DNA from: Bacteroides sp.
GTDB taxonomy: Bacteria; Bacillota; Clostridia; Lachnospirales; Lachnospiraceae
DNA: 64,000 nt
Direction: 5' to 3'
NCBI GenBank assembly: GCA_023666705.1
Contig: JAMPBO010000006.1
Coordinates: forward strand, 32,461-96,460
Positions within the stretch are counted from its first letter, which is position 1. Each line of letters begins with the position of its first letter. Below are positions 8,473-19,240 of this stretch, in pieces. The position numbers and the translations under genes are program-made. Under the pieces are notes generated by a model. The model worked only from the letters and a program-made list of their open reading frames with translations, was not told where the DNA came from and did not search any database.

Positions 8473-11400
8473 ATGAATAAGATAAAACGGATGATTGCTT
8501 ATATGCTTGTTTTTACCATGACAATCGGCTGTATTTTTGTCAGCAACCCAAATGTGGCATATGCAACAGACGATAATTGGCATATACTTACGGATGTTCA
8601 AGGGTCAGCTGTTGAGGTTCGGTTTAGTGATGATAAGACTGCTTCCTTTGAACTGTCTGCATTTTGCAACAATGTGTACATACCTGTCGGAAATGATGAG
8701 GCTGTTTATGGGCACAGTAAAATAGGACTGTATCATTTCGTCCTTGGAGCAAATGAAAGCTATAGGGTTATGTTTTCCTATGACAGTACAGATACCACGG
8801 CTGCGGATATGGAGGGCGGTGCACTTTATGTATATGAGGGAACGAATGCCACATCCAAGCCGTATACAAGTGCATGTGTGCTTACAAATGCGGAGGATAC
8901 AGGCGAGTGCCTCGTAACCAATGCAAATGAAACGGCAATGGACTGCTATCTTGTGTATGTGGGAAATAAAAGGGCGATATGTAAGATTGAGTCTGTTTTA
9001 TCAGTGGGGACTATAACCACACCTGATAATATATTGGTTGCAGGTGAGAGCGTCAGCGGTGTGGTCAGTGATACGGTGTATTCCTACGTGGTATCCCCTG
9101 AAAGCGGAAACCGCACCATAAAGATGGGAACAGGCGTACTGCTTGGACTGGACATTCCAGCAAATGCAAACCTGATTGTGGATGTGGGAGTGTTAAACAG
9201 CTTATACATTTACGGAGTGGATGCGTTGGATCAGGGAACCTATCAGGGCTTAAACATAAGCAGGGTGTCGGCTGGGAAATATTCCATAGGTAACCGACAG
9301 GATATGGAACTGCCTGTTTATGTGTGGGTTGCAACTGCTGCAACGGAATATACGGTTACGTCTGAGGTTGACGAGAGCATGCCCCTGACAGAAGCAAAAC
9401 CGCTTCGTACTCTGTTAAGACCGACCCAGATAGATGATTTAATTTATAATATCATGGACAGGGAAAATTATGTGGCAGGAAATTTTGCGGGAACTTATAT
9501 TGAGGGACTGGCATACATGCTTGAGGCGGGAACCTATGACTTTAACTTTTCCTATCAGGACGCAGGGGGCTTCATGGATTATGAGTTTAATAACAGTCAC
9601 CTTTACATCATTGATCCTGAGGATGGAAGTTATGAAATTGAAATTCTCCAGTCAAAAAAGGTGAAGATGTCATATCACCTTGTCGTGCCTGAGGGAGAAA
9701 CAAGGTATGTCATATTTAAACCAGGGGCGGAGGGAAATTACTACGGCGGTGAATGGACCATGGAGCTTGGCGGCTTTGAGGATGCCTCCACTGCATTTAA
9801 GGTTCCGGCAAACCCCAAGGATGTCTACATTTATGGCTGGGATAATGAAATTGAGGAGAAACTGAATTATTTTTATGAGGAATATCCGCAGTATAAGGAC
9901 AAGGTGCATTTTATAAGTCTGGATGCAAAGGGGCAGGTGGACAAATATAAAAGTCTGTTAAATACAGCGGCAAAAGGCAGCGAAAAGCCGACCCTGCTTG
10001 TGGCTGATATGTCAGTGATGGCTGAAATGAAACCGCTTATGGTGCCGGCAAGCAGTCTTGGTATAACCAAAAAAATGTACAATTCCTACTTGTACGAGGA
10101 GCTTTTGGGAAGTGATGCCCAAGGGCTAAAGGGACTTGCAGGCAGTGTACAGCCCGGATGCTTTATTTACAGGACAGATATAGCGGAGGCGGTTTTGGGA
10201 ACCTCCCAGCCTGAGGAGGTTGAGGCAAAGCTGGCAGATTGGGAAAGCTTTCTAAGTGTGGCGGCTGACATGAAGGCGGCAGGATACTTTATGACATCGG
10301 GGTCAGACCGGTTAAATGAGATGGCAAAGGGCTTTGACACTGAGGTTGACTATTATGGGCAGCTTACCGCAAATGGGTATGATACGGGTAATGTACTTGG
10401 CTCTGAGGAATGGAAGACGGATTTGGCGGGAGATACCTTTGGATTTTTTGGCTCTGTTTCCATGGTAACGGAGCTTGATTCTGATTTGTCCTACAATATG
10501 TGTGTGGGACCGTTAAGCTTCAGCTTTGGCGGAACATACATAGGCGGAACAAGTGAGGCTGTCGGAAATCCCTTGGCGGGACTTGTGCTTTATACCCTTT
10601 GCTGTGATCCTTATGTGATGTATAATATAGCTGCGGATAAGGGAGTCATTCCAAATAATCAGGCGGTTGTGGAAAAGCTGATAAACGACAATCGTGGATT
10701 TACAGGTGATGAATACGCAAATATGGGTGGTCAAAATCCGCTTAAAATGTTGGATAGTGCAGAGCAAAAAAGAGGCGTTGGCATAGGACCTTACACGATA
10801 ACCTATGTGCTTAATTCAGGAAAAAACAATGCGTCTAATCCTGCAGCATACAGCAGATATACGGGTGACATTCTGCTGGCAGCACCGACAAGAACAGGAT
10901 ATACATTCGGCGGCTGGTACAAGGATGCTGCATGTAAGACAAAAATAACAACGATACCGAAAGGCAGCTTAGGTGAGGTTACCCTTTATGCAAAATGGAC
11001 CGCAAATAAATATACCATAGAATTTGTTCCAAATGGTGCAACCAAAGGAACCATGAAGAAAATCAGTGCCACATATGACGTGGGCAAGACTTTAAGCAGC
11101 AATGCATTTAAACGGACGGGATATACATTTGCAGGCTGGAATACAAGGGCTGACGGCAAAGGAAAAACCTACAAAAACAAGGCAGCAGTTAAAAACCTTA
11201 CGGCTTCCGCAAATGGAACCGTGAAGCTTTACGCTACATGGAAAGCAACAAAATATACCGTCAAATATTATTTGCGGGGCGGAAAAAATAACAGCAAAAA
11301 TCCTACGGCATATTATGTGACCTCGTCTACAAAAACCCTTAAAAGTCCGAAACGGACGGGATACACATTTGTTGGCTGGTACAGTGATGCAAAGTATAAG

Positions 11401-11721
11401 AAAAAGGTTAAGAGCATAAAGAAGGGAAGTACGGGAAACAAAAAGCTTTATGCAAAATGGAAACCAAACCGATACAAAATTGTATTTAAGGGCAATGGGG
11501 CAACCAGCGGAAAAATGTCCTCTCTTCTCTCAAGGAAGTATGGAACAACGTATCGGTTACCTGCAAATAAGTTTGTGCGGGATGGATACACATTTGTTGG
11601 CTGGAGCCTGAAGCCAAATGCAAAGAAGATATACAAAAATAAGGCAAAAATAAAAAATTTAACCTCCAAATCGGGCGGAACGGTAACCCTTTATGCACGT
11701 TGGAAGAAAAATAAAAATTAA
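8473..11721 (+). CDS. Large secreted cell-surface protein with C-terminal Listeria-Bacteroides (Flg_new) repeats and lysine-rich tail
   Basis: Signal peptide MNKIKRMIAYMLVFTMTIGCIFVSNPNVAYA. There are at least 4 tandem ~70-aa units of the RTGYTFxGW...LYAKW type from about residue 770. The C-terminal end is basic (WKKNKN). Confidence 0.75.
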   Translation: MNKIKRMIAYMLVFTMTIGCIFVSNPNVAYATDDNWHILTDVQGSAVEVRFSDDKTASFELSAFCNNVYIPVGNDEAVYGHSKIGLYHFVLGANESYRVMFSYDSTDTTAADMEGGALYVYEGTNATSKPYTSACVLTNAEDTGECLVTNANETAMDCYLVYVGNKRAICKIESVLSVGTITTPDNILVAGESVSGVVSDTVYSYVVSPESGNRTIKMGTGVLLGLDIPANANLIVDVGVLNSLYIYGVDALDQGTYQGLNISRVSAGKYSIGNRQDMELPVYVWVATAATEYTVTSEVDESMPLTEAKPLRTLLRPTQIDDLIYNIMDRENYVAGNFAGTYIEGLAYMLEAGTYDFNFSYQDAGGFMDYEFNNSHLYIIDPEDGSYEIEILQSKKVKMSYHLVVPEGETRYVIFKPGAEGNYYGGEWTMELGGFEDASTAFKVPANPKDVYIYGWDNEIEEKLNYFYEEYPQYKDKVHFISLDAKGQVDKYKSLLNTAAKGSEKPTLLVADMSVMAEMKPLMVPASSLGITKKMYNSYLYEELLGSDAQGLKGLAGSVQPGCFIYRTDIAEAVLGTSQPEEVEAKLADWESFLSVAADMKAAGYFMTSGSDRLNEMAKGFDTEVDYYGQLTANGYDTGNVLGSEEWKTDLAGDTFGFFGSVSMVTELDSDLSYNMCVGPLSFSFGGTYIGGTSEAVGNPLAGLVLYTLCCDPYVMYNIAADKGVIPNNQAVVEKLINDNRGFTGDEYANMGGQNPLKMLDSAEQKRGVGIGPYTITYVLNSGKNNASNPAAYSRYTGDILLAAPTRTGYTFGGWYKDAACKTKITTIPKGSLGEVTLYAKWTANKYTIEFVPNGATKGTMKKISATYDVGKTLSSNAFKRTGYTFAGWNTRADGKGKTYKNKAAVKNLTASANGTVKLYATWKATKYTVKYYLRGGKNNSKNPTAYYVTSSTKTLKSPKRTGYTFVGWYSDAKYKKKVKSIKKGSTGNKKLYAKWKPNRYKIVFKGNGATSGKMSSLLSRKYGTTYRLPANKFVRDGYTFVGWSLKPNAKKIYKNKAKIKNLTSKSGGTVTLYARWKKNKN

Positions 11722-11875
11722 ACATTAAACTATATCGGACATATGACGATATATAATATGAGGTATTGTCTCGCTTGCTAAGGAGAGCAAGCGGGATATG
11801 CCTTGGGTAAAAGGATTTGCCCGTAACTAGAGTTGTGCATATGCACGAAATTATGGTTAGAAAGGATGCGATACC

Positions 11876-13036
11876 ATGATTATTAGTTCCAGTAGTGTAG
11901 CGATGTCTTCGAGCAGAAGCTACAGTAGTATCAGGCAGGAGGAGAGCGTATCCGTCCAGGAAAAGTTGGGCTCCGCTTCTGTCACACTCCAAATTTCTGA
12001 AGAATCCCAAAACAAAATGGAGCAAATCAAAGCGTACAAGGATTCCCTGAAGGAGAAACAGCAGGAGCAGGCTAAGCAAAATCAGATGAATCACTTGCGG
12101 GATATGGCACGCAAACATGCGGAAAATGTTGATGCAAGATTTGGCAGATATGATTTTGGCAAGGATCCAAAGCTGCAGATGCTCCGGAGACTGTTAGACT
12201 CATTTCAGAGAATGTTTGGCACGAAAAGCTCAAATCGGTGGATGGACGAATATTTAGGGAAATCCTATTCGCAAGAGACACGGCTTTCTGAAAGCTTTTC
12301 TGCGTCCTCTGGCACATTTCTTGGAGTTGAAGGCTCCGTGGGAACAACTTCATCAGGAAATGTTACAACAATGAAGCGTACAACGGTTACCTCAGGCTTT
12401 TTTGCCGAGACTGAGCATACAGCTTACGAGGCAACGGGGGTAGCACGGACGGCTGATGGACGGGAAATAAACTTTGGAGTGACGGTTGAAATGTCGAGAG
12501 GCTTTTGTGAGAGGTATGAGAAGCTCACACAGGAGAATGTGATTTTGTGCGATCCTCTTGTGATTAATCTTGACAGTGATGTTGCAAGTGTGTCTGACAT
12601 GAAATTTCTGTTTGACCTGGACGCAGACGGAAAAGAAGAGGAAGTATCATTTGCAGGAGAGGGAAGTGGATTTATTGCTCTTGACAAAAACGGTGACGGA
12701 AAGATTAACGATGGTTCGGAACTGTTTGGAACAAAGAGTGGTGATGGCTTTGGCGACCTTGCAGCCTACGATGAGGATGGTAATGGTTGGATTGATGAGG
12801 CGGACAGTGTTTTCAAGGACCTTAAGGTCTGGACAAAGGACAAGGATGGAAACGATGTGCTGCTTGATTTAAAATCCGCAAATGTCGGAGCAATTTATTT
12901 AAATAGTGCTTCCACTGAGTTTTCACTGAATAATATGGAAACGAATAAGACAAACGGAGTTATCAGAAGTACAGGTATTTACTTAAAGGAAAATGGTGGA
13001 GTAGGTACGGTACAACACGTTGATTTGGCGATTTAA
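11876..13036 (+). CDS. Hypothetical protein with low-complexity N-terminus and two EF-hand-like Ca-binding loops
   Basis: DKNGDGKINDGSE and DEDGNGWIDEADS loops. No signal peptide. Followed by an intrinsic terminator. Confidence 0.4.
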   Translation: MIISSSSVAMSSSRSYSSIRQEESVSVQEKLGSASVTLQISEESQNKMEQIKAYKDSLKEKQQEQAKQNQMNHLRDMARKHAENVDARFGRYDFGKDPKLQMLRRLLDSFQRMFGTKSSNRWMDEYLGKSYSQETRLSESFSASSGTFLGVEGSVGTTSSGNVTTMKRTTVTSGFFAETEHTAYEATGVARTADGREINFGVTVEMSRGFCERYEKLTQENVILCDPLVINLDSDVASVSDMKFLFDLDADGKEEEVSFAGEGSGFIALDKNGDGKINDGSELFGTKSGDGFGDLAAYDEDGNGWIDEADSVFKDLKVWTKDKDGNDVLLDLKSANVGAIYLNSASTEFSLNNMETNKTNGVIRSTGIYLKENGGVGTVQHVDLAI

Positions 13037-13093
13037 GTTTGCCGGACTCTATCAAATGGGGCTGCTGTTTAAGTCATTTTATACCTTGATGGG

Positions 13094-13125
13094 AAAACGT
13101 ATCGGTTATAAATACGTTTTTGTTA
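13094..13125 (+). terminator. Rho-independent terminator
   Basis: AAACGTAT-cggttataa-ATACGTTT followed by TTTGTT. Confidence 0.6.
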
Positions 13126-13340
13126 TCGTAGAAAAAATGTCTTAGATGGCAGCCTGTTTGGGTTTAATATTTTGATGACATATAGGTGAATTTGGGTGTA
13201 CAATAAGAAAACGGTTGTATGCGGTTGCCAAGCTGATAAAAACCGATGGTTGTACGATATAGACAAAATAGTGGAGGTGTGCCCTGTTGTGATTCGTGTA
13301 TGCCAATACAGACGGACAAAGGGCAAAAGGTAGAAAAAAT

Positions 13341-14255
13341 ATGAAAATACGGGAAATGCAGGATGAGATAAGGCGGTTAAAGGAGGAGCAGGATGTGTGC
13401 ATCCTTGTGCATGCATATCAGAGTCACGACCTTTGGGAAATTGCGGATTACATTGGGGATTCTTTTGGTCTTGCCGAGCAGGCAGTACATGCACCGCAAA
13501 AAAATATTATCATGTGCGGGGTAAGGTTTATGGCTGAGACGGTCAAGCTTTTATCACCTGATAAAACTGTGATATTGCCGAAAAGCGGGGCAGGCTGTCC
13601 AATGGCGGAGCAGTTTCATGTTGCGGATATCGAAAGATTTAAGGCGGAAAATCCGGAGTATGGTGTGGTTGCATATATTAACACAACGGCAAGCCTTAAG
13701 ACGGTGTGTGATGTGTGTGTTACATCGGCATCGGCAGTAAAAATTGTCAGGGCAATGAACACTGATAAGATACTATTTATACCGGATTGCAATTTGGGCA
13801 GCTGGGTGAGCAGACAGGTTCCCGAAAAAGAAATAAAGGTATTACAGGGCGGCTGTCCGAGGCATGCCGCAGTGACGGCAGAGGATGTGGAAAAAGCAAA
13901 GCGTGAGCATCCAAAAGCATTGCTTCTCGTGCACCCTGAGTGTAAGCCTGAGGTGACGGCTCAGGCGGATTATGTGGGAAGCACAACAGGCATTATGGGC
14001 TACGCAAGGGAAAGTACGGCGACGGAATTCATAATTGGAACGGAAAACAGCATCGTACAGCACCTGCAGCTTGAACTGCCTGACAAACAATTTTATGAGC
14101 TTTCCAAGGATTTGATATGTAACGATATGAGGCTCACAACGCTGGGAGATGTTTACAAGTGCCTCGCAGACAAGGCGGGGGAACAAATTGTCCTGTCTGA
14201 TGACGTGATGAAAAGGGCGAAACCTTGTATAGACGAAATGCTTCGTTTAGGATAA
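13341..14255 (+). CDS. nadA: Quinolinate synthase A
   Basis: MKIREMQDEIRRLKEEQDVCILVHAYQ...CGVRFMAET...HPEC motifs are typical of type-II NadA. The start is set at the Met that has a plausible RBS. The ORF-track start at 13296 is probably too early. Confidence 0.85.
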   Translation: MKIREMQDEIRRLKEEQDVCILVHAYQSHDLWEIADYIGDSFGLAEQAVHAPQKNIIMCGVRFMAETVKLLSPDKTVILPKSGAGCPMAEQFHVADIERFKAENPEYGVVAYINTTASLKTVCDVCVTSASAVKIVRAMNTDKILFIPDCNLGSWVSRQVPEKEIKVLQGGCPRHAAVTAEDVEKAKREHPKALLLVHPECKPEVTAQADYVGSTTGIMGYARESTATEFIIGTENSIVQHLQLELPDKQFYELSKDLICNDMRLTTLGDVYKCLADKAGEQIVLSDDVMKRAKPCIDEMLRLG

Positions 14256-14405
14256 AATTGTAATATTACTTTCTGTTGAAAAAAGATATATTTTGGAGTA
14301 ATATAGGTTGATAAGGCAGGATGCTGTCGTTCCAAAGGATTGCGTAGCCCATTTGCAGCAGGCAAATTTGAAATGGGCTGATGTTCAAAGGAGAGAGTAC
14401 ATATT

Positions 14406-15797
14406 ATGAAAAGTCCGTTTGATAAAAGAAGTCAGGGATTTAACATTATAATTGTTGGCTGTGGTAAGGTCGGAACAACACTGGTTGAAAAGCTGAGACA
14501 GGCGAATCATGACATAACCATCATAGACCAGAGTGCCGAGGTGGTACAAAAGGTTACCAACATGTATGATGTTATGGGTATCACGGGAAATGGCTCCAGC
14601 TATAAGGTGCAGCTTGAGGCAGGCATTGAAAAGGCAAATATTATTATTGCAGTTACAGAGTCGGACGAGTTAAATCTGCTTTGCTGTACAATTGCAAAAA
14701 AGGTCAGCGAGTGTGTTGCCGTGGCTAGGGTGAGAAATCCTGATTACAGTGAGGAGCTGAGTTATTTGCGGGATCAGCTTGGCATATCCCTTATTATTAA
14801 TCCTGAGCTTGAGATAGCAAGAGAAATGGCAAGGCTGTTGCGTCTTCCGACAGCACTTGATATCAATTCATTTGCAAAGGGACATGTGGAGCTTGTGAAA
14901 TTCCGAATACCGGAAAATAGTATTTTGCATGACCGCAAAATAGCAAATATTAACAAGGACTTTAAGAGTGATGTGCTGATTTGTGGAGTAGAACGTGGGG
15001 AAAACCTTGTGATTCCTGATGGTAATTATGTGCTCGAGGAAAAGGATGTGGTTTCCTTTATTGCAACACCGAAAAATACCCAGATGTTTTTCAGGCAGAT
15101 AGGTGTTGAGACCCATCAGGTAAGGAATTGCATGATAGTCGGTGGAGGAAAAACTTCGTACTATCTTGCAAAACAGCTTACGGAAATGAATATAGATGTA
15201 AAGATAATAGAATCAAACCAGAAACGGTGTGAGGAGTTGTCAGTGCTTCTTCCGAAGGCACTTGTCATATACGGAGACGGTGGTGACGAGGAGCTGCTCA
15301 AGGAGGAGGGCGTTATGAAGGTAGAGGCGTTCGTGCCGCTTACAGGTCTTGATGAGGAAAACATACTTCTCACCCTGTTTGCAAAGCGGATATCGAATGC
15401 AAAGGTGATTACAAAAATAAACAGAACTACATTTATTGATGTGATAGAAAATCTGGATATGGGAAGCGTGATTTACCCAAGGTATATGACCTCAGAAAAT
15501 ATCCTGAGGTATATCAGGGCGATGAAAAATTCCATGGGAAGCAGTAATATAGAAACGCTTTACAACATATTTGATAATAGGGCTGAGGCGTTGGAATTTC
15601 TGGTTGATGAAAGCTCTCCGGTTGTTGGAAGGCAGATTATGGAGTTGCCCCTTAAGGAGGAGCTTTTGCTTGCATGCTTGAGCAGAAATGGCAAGGTAAT
15701 TATCCCGCGTGGTAACGACGTCATTATGGGTGGTGACAGAGTAATAATTGTTACAAAGCATGCGGGCTTTTATGATATTGCGGATATTTTGAGGTAA
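14406..15797 (+). CDS. trkA: Trk potassium uptake NAD-binding subunit (two RCK_N + two RCK_C)
   Basis: IIIVGCGKVGTTL and MIVGGGKTSYYLAK Rossmann motifs in a duplicated architecture. Confidence 0.85.
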   Translation: MKSPFDKRSQGFNIIIVGCGKVGTTLVEKLRQANHDITIIDQSAEVVQKVTNMYDVMGITGNGSSYKVQLEAGIEKANIIIAVTESDELNLLCCTIAKKVSECVAVARVRNPDYSEELSYLRDQLGISLIINPELEIAREMARLLRLPTALDINSFAKGHVELVKFRIPENSILHDRKIANINKDFKSDVLICGVERGENLVIPDGNYVLEEKDVVSFIATPKNTQMFFRQIGVETHQVRNCMIVGGGKTSYYLAKQLTEMNIDVKIIESNQKRCEELSVLLPKALVIYGDGGDEELLKEEGVMKVEAFVPLTGLDEENILLTLFAKRISNAKVITKINRTTFIDVIENLDMGSVIYPRYMTSENILRYIRAMKNSMGSSNIETLYNIFDNRAEALEFLVDESSPVVGRQIMELPLKEELLLACLSRNGKVIIPRGNDVIMGGDRVIIVTKHAGFYDIADILR

Positions 15798-15893
15798 GGC
15801 AGATACATCGTTAGAAAATGGATGGACATTTTCTATCTGCAGAGGGAAACTATTAAGTAACAGACTGAGGTTCAAAAGGTACAGAGGGTCAAG

Positions 15894-17342
15894 ATGAATT
15901 ACGGAATTGTTGTATATATTTTAGGCTGGATAATGAATTTTGAGGCTGCATTTATGACGATGCCATGTCTTGTTGCTGCAATCAAGGGCGAGAGGCAGGG
16001 ACTTGCGTTTCTTTGGGTTATGCTTGCATGTGTGGTTGTCGGTGGATTGACGGTAAGGCACAAGCCGAAAAATATGACCTTTTATGTCAAGGAAGGCTTT
16101 GTGACGGTTGCGTTAAGCTGGATTGTCATGTCAGTCATAGGTTGTCTTCCGTTTGTTATTAATGAGGATATTCCGAATTTTATTGATGCATTGTTTGAAA
16201 CCATATCAGGCTTTACGACGACAGGTGCAAGCATACTAAGCAATATTGAAGGGCTGTCAAGATGCAGCCTGTTCTGGAGAAGCTTCACCCATTGGATTGG
16301 CGGAATGGGAGTTCTTGTTTTTATTCTTGCCATTTTGCCGCTTACAGGCGGTTCCAACATGAACCTTATGAAGGCGGAAAGCCCGGGACCTTCTGTTGGG
16401 AAGCTGGTTCCAAAGGTGAGACAGACTGCGATTTATCTTTATGGCATTTATATTGTGCTCACGATTATAGAGGTTATATTTTTGCTCTGTGGCAAAATGA
16501 AATTTTTTGAGGCGGTTACGACAGCCATGTCAACGGCAGGCACAGGCGGCTTTGCAATAAGAAACGACAGCCTTATGAGTGCAAGCCCATATATACAATG
16601 GGTTGTCACAATTTTTATGATATTGTTTGGTGTCAATTTCAGCGTATATTTTCTTATACTGATGAAAAAATTCGGTATGGCAGTCAGGCATGAGGAAGCA
16701 AGAGCATATTTACTGATTATGCTGTCCTCCATTATAATCATTTTTATTAATGTGAGGGACATGTGGGAGTCTGCGGCAGATGCCATCAGGCATGTTTCCT
16801 TTCAGGTGGCATCCGTTATGACGACGACGGGCTTTTGTACTGCGGATTTTGATTTGTGGCCCCAGACATCACAAACCATTCTCATATTAATTATGTTTAT
16901 TGGTGCCTGTGCAGGAAGTACGGGTGGTGGAATTAAGGTTTCCAGAATTATTATACTTGTTAAAACCGTGGGAAAGGAAATTGTTTCTTACATACATCCG
17001 AGAAGTGTTAAGAAGGTTAAGGTGGAAGGGAAAGTTGTTGAGCATGATGTGTTGCGTGCCACAAATGTATATTTTATAACCTTTGTCATTCTGTTTGCCC
17101 TGTCTGTGTTTTTACTTTCCTTTGATGGGAAAAGTCTTGTGACTAACTTTACTGCAGTTGTGGCATCTATTAATAACATTGGTCCGGGACTAGAGGCGGT
17201 AGGACCGACGCAAAATTTTGCAGGCTTTAGTGTATTTTCAAAGCTTGTTTTGATGTTTGACATGCTGGCAGGAAGACTTGAGCTGTTCCCACTGTTGCTT
17301 TTATTTAGCCCGTCCCTTTGGATAAAGGGAAAAAATGCATAG
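15894..17342 (+). CDS. trkH: Trk/Ktr potassium transporter membrane subunit
   Basis: Multi-pass membrane protein with repeated M-P-M selectivity motifs (TTTGASIL, TAGTGGF, TTTGFCT, STGGGIK). Confidence 0.85.
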   Translation: MNYGIVVYILGWIMNFEAAFMTMPCLVAAIKGERQGLAFLWVMLACVVVGGLTVRHKPKNMTFYVKEGFVTVALSWIVMSVIGCLPFVINEDIPNFIDALFETISGFTTTGASILSNIEGLSRCSLFWRSFTHWIGGMGVLVFILAILPLTGGSNMNLMKAESPGPSVGKLVPKVRQTAIYLYGIYIVLTIIEVIFLLCGKMKFFEAVTTAMSTAGTGGFAIRNDSLMSASPYIQWVVTIFMILFGVNFSVYFLILMKKFGMAVRHEEARAYLLIMLSSIIIIFINVRDMWESAADAIRHVSFQVASVMTTTGFCTADFDLWPQTSQTILILIMFIGACAGSTGGGIKVSRIIILVKTVGKEIVSYIHPRSVKKVKVEGKVVEHDVLRATNVYFITFVILFALSVFLLSFDGKSLVTNFTAVVASINNIGPGLEAVGPTQNFAGFSVFSKLVLMFDMLAGRLELFPLLLLFSPSLWIKGKNA

Positions 17343-17366
17343 AATAATGATTCGGAGGATTGTCGG

Positions 17367-19238
17367 ATGAAGTTTCCGTTTGGGTCTGGAGGCTCTGACA
17401 CAATTAAAAAGGGATTGGATTTTTTTAAGGGAAACAGTCTGGACGATGTGATATCAAATGTGAGATATAAAATGTCAGGCTCTGCTTCTGCGTACAATAA
17501 TTGGTATAAAACGGTACATGAGGCGGACGAGGAGGAGCTTGCGGAGCAGAGAAAGCACAGCTTTGCCTATGAACCGTTTATCAGCATAATCGTACTTGCA
17601 TATATGACCCCTGAGTTTTATCTGCGTTCCATGATAGAGTCAATTCAGGCTCAAACCTACGAAAAATGGCAATTGTGTATTGTTGATGTCAGTCAGGCTG
17701 ATTTGCCGGATGAGAAAGGTGCCGACCAGACAACTGCTTATGAACGTTCATACAGCATGGAGACGGAAAAAATTGTGGGACAGTATGCAGGTTCGGATGA
17801 CAGAATTACCTATAAGCTGTTAGATAAAGATTTGGGCATGAGTGAAAATGCCAACGTTGCGGTCAGGATGGCAGTCGGAGATTATATTTCGGTTGTAGGG
17901 CAGAACGATTTGCTTTCGGAGGATGCACTTTACCATGTGGTAAGTGCCATAAATGAGAAAAAATATGATATTGTCTATTCGGATGAGGACAGAGTTTCCA
18001 CTGATGGTACGAAGCATCAGGACCCTGTCTTTAAGCCTGATTTCAGTATCGATTTGCTCAGAAGCTGGAATTATATGCAGCATCTTTTTGTGGTGAAACG
18101 TGGGATTGCAATGGAATGTGGAGGCTTTCGGAGCGGATACGAGGGGGCGTGGATTTACGACCTTATTTTGCGTTGCTGTGAACGGGCAAAAAGCATAAAG
18201 CATATACCGCGTGTTCTGTATCATTGGAGAGTAGACAAAAGGGCGGTGGAGGATACGGACAGACGGGAGCTGGCAAATGAGACGGGCAGGAAAGCGGTGT
18301 CATCCCACATCAAAAGGTGCATGTATTATGCGACGGTGGCAAAAACAGAAATTGAGGGCATGTACAAGGTATCGTATGAAACACTGGGAAATCCCCTTGT
18401 GTCAATCGTAATACCAGGGGAGGCGTCCCCGCTTCTGATGGAAAAATGTTTAAAGCCTTTGTATGAGTTTAACAGATACAGTAATTTTGAACTTATCATT
18501 ATAGACTGCTACGGTGACAATCAGGATATGATTAAATTTTATCATGGTATACAGCGGAAACGAAGAAATATCAGAGTCATTGCAAAAACAGAATTTAAAA
18601 CCCTGGGCGAGGTGAGGAATTATGGAGCCAAGCTTGCAAACGGCGATTACATCCTGTTTCTTGACGGAAGCACGGAGCTGATAGAGCCTACCTCCATCAG
18701 GGCAATGCTGGGCTTTTGTATGCGTGATAACGTGGGGATTGCTGGAGCAACCTTATACAATGATAATGCAACGATAAACAGTGCAGGCTTTATCATAGGC
18801 TTGAACGGAGTGGCGGATGGTATTCATGCGGGTACAAGAAAGGGCGAGCCGGGATATCTGATGTACAACAGGGCAAATAACAACTGCAGTGCCGTAAGTG
18901 CATCCTGTATGATGGTAAAGAAACATATATTTGAACAATTGCGGGGATTTTCTACGGAATATATGTCAAATTTGGCAGATATCGATTTTTGCCTGCGGTG
19001 CAGGGATATGGAATATCTGATTGTAAGCGTGGCAGATGCATCATGGTATCTTCATCCTGCAGGAAAGGATCTGGTTGCCTTTTTGTCTGAAATGCCGACA
19101 GATAAGCTTGAGCGTAAGCTTCGGTCAGAGAAAAATATTTTCAGAAATTTATGGAGCGAAATCATAGAAAACGGAGACCCTTATTACAACATAAATTATG
19201 CAAGGGAAGGGAGTCCGTTTTCCCTGAAAAAAGCATAG
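17367..19238 (+). CDS. Tandem two-domain family-2 glycosyltransferase
   Basis: Two GT2 cores (ISIIVLAY...DxD region DEDR; VSIVIPGE...LFLDGST). ~620 aa. Confidence 0.75.
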   Translation: MKFPFGSGGSDTIKKGLDFFKGNSLDDVISNVRYKMSGSASAYNNWYKTVHEADEEELAEQRKHSFAYEPFISIIVLAYMTPEFYLRSMIESIQAQTYEKWQLCIVDVSQADLPDEKGADQTTAYERSYSMETEKIVGQYAGSDDRITYKLLDKDLGMSENANVAVRMAVGDYISVVGQNDLLSEDALYHVVSAINEKKYDIVYSDEDRVSTDGTKHQDPVFKPDFSIDLLRSWNYMQHLFVVKRGIAMECGGFRSGYEGAWIYDLILRCCERAKSIKHIPRVLYHWRVDKRAVEDTDRRELANETGRKAVSSHIKRCMYYATVAKTEIEGMYKVSYETLGNPLVSIVIPGEASPLLMEKCLKPLYEFNRYSNFELIIIDCYGDNQDMIKFYHGIQRKRRNIRVIAKTEFKTLGEVRNYGAKLANGDYILFLDGSTELIEPTSIRAMLGFCMRDNVGIAGATLYNDNATINSAGFIIGLNGVADGIHAGTRKGEPGYLMYNRANNNCSAVSASCMMVKKHIFEQLRGFSTEYMSNLADIDFCLRCRDMEYLIVSVADASWYLHPAGKDLVAFLSEMPTDKLERKLRSEKNIFRNLWSEIIENGDPYYNINYAREGSPFSLKKA

Positions 19239-19240
19239 TC

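Noticed and set aside
13037-13340. NiaR or NadR operator upstream of nadA (direct repeats ggttgta at 13231 and 13264).
   Set aside because: I cannot match it to a NiaR consensus from memory. It is left as an untested observation.
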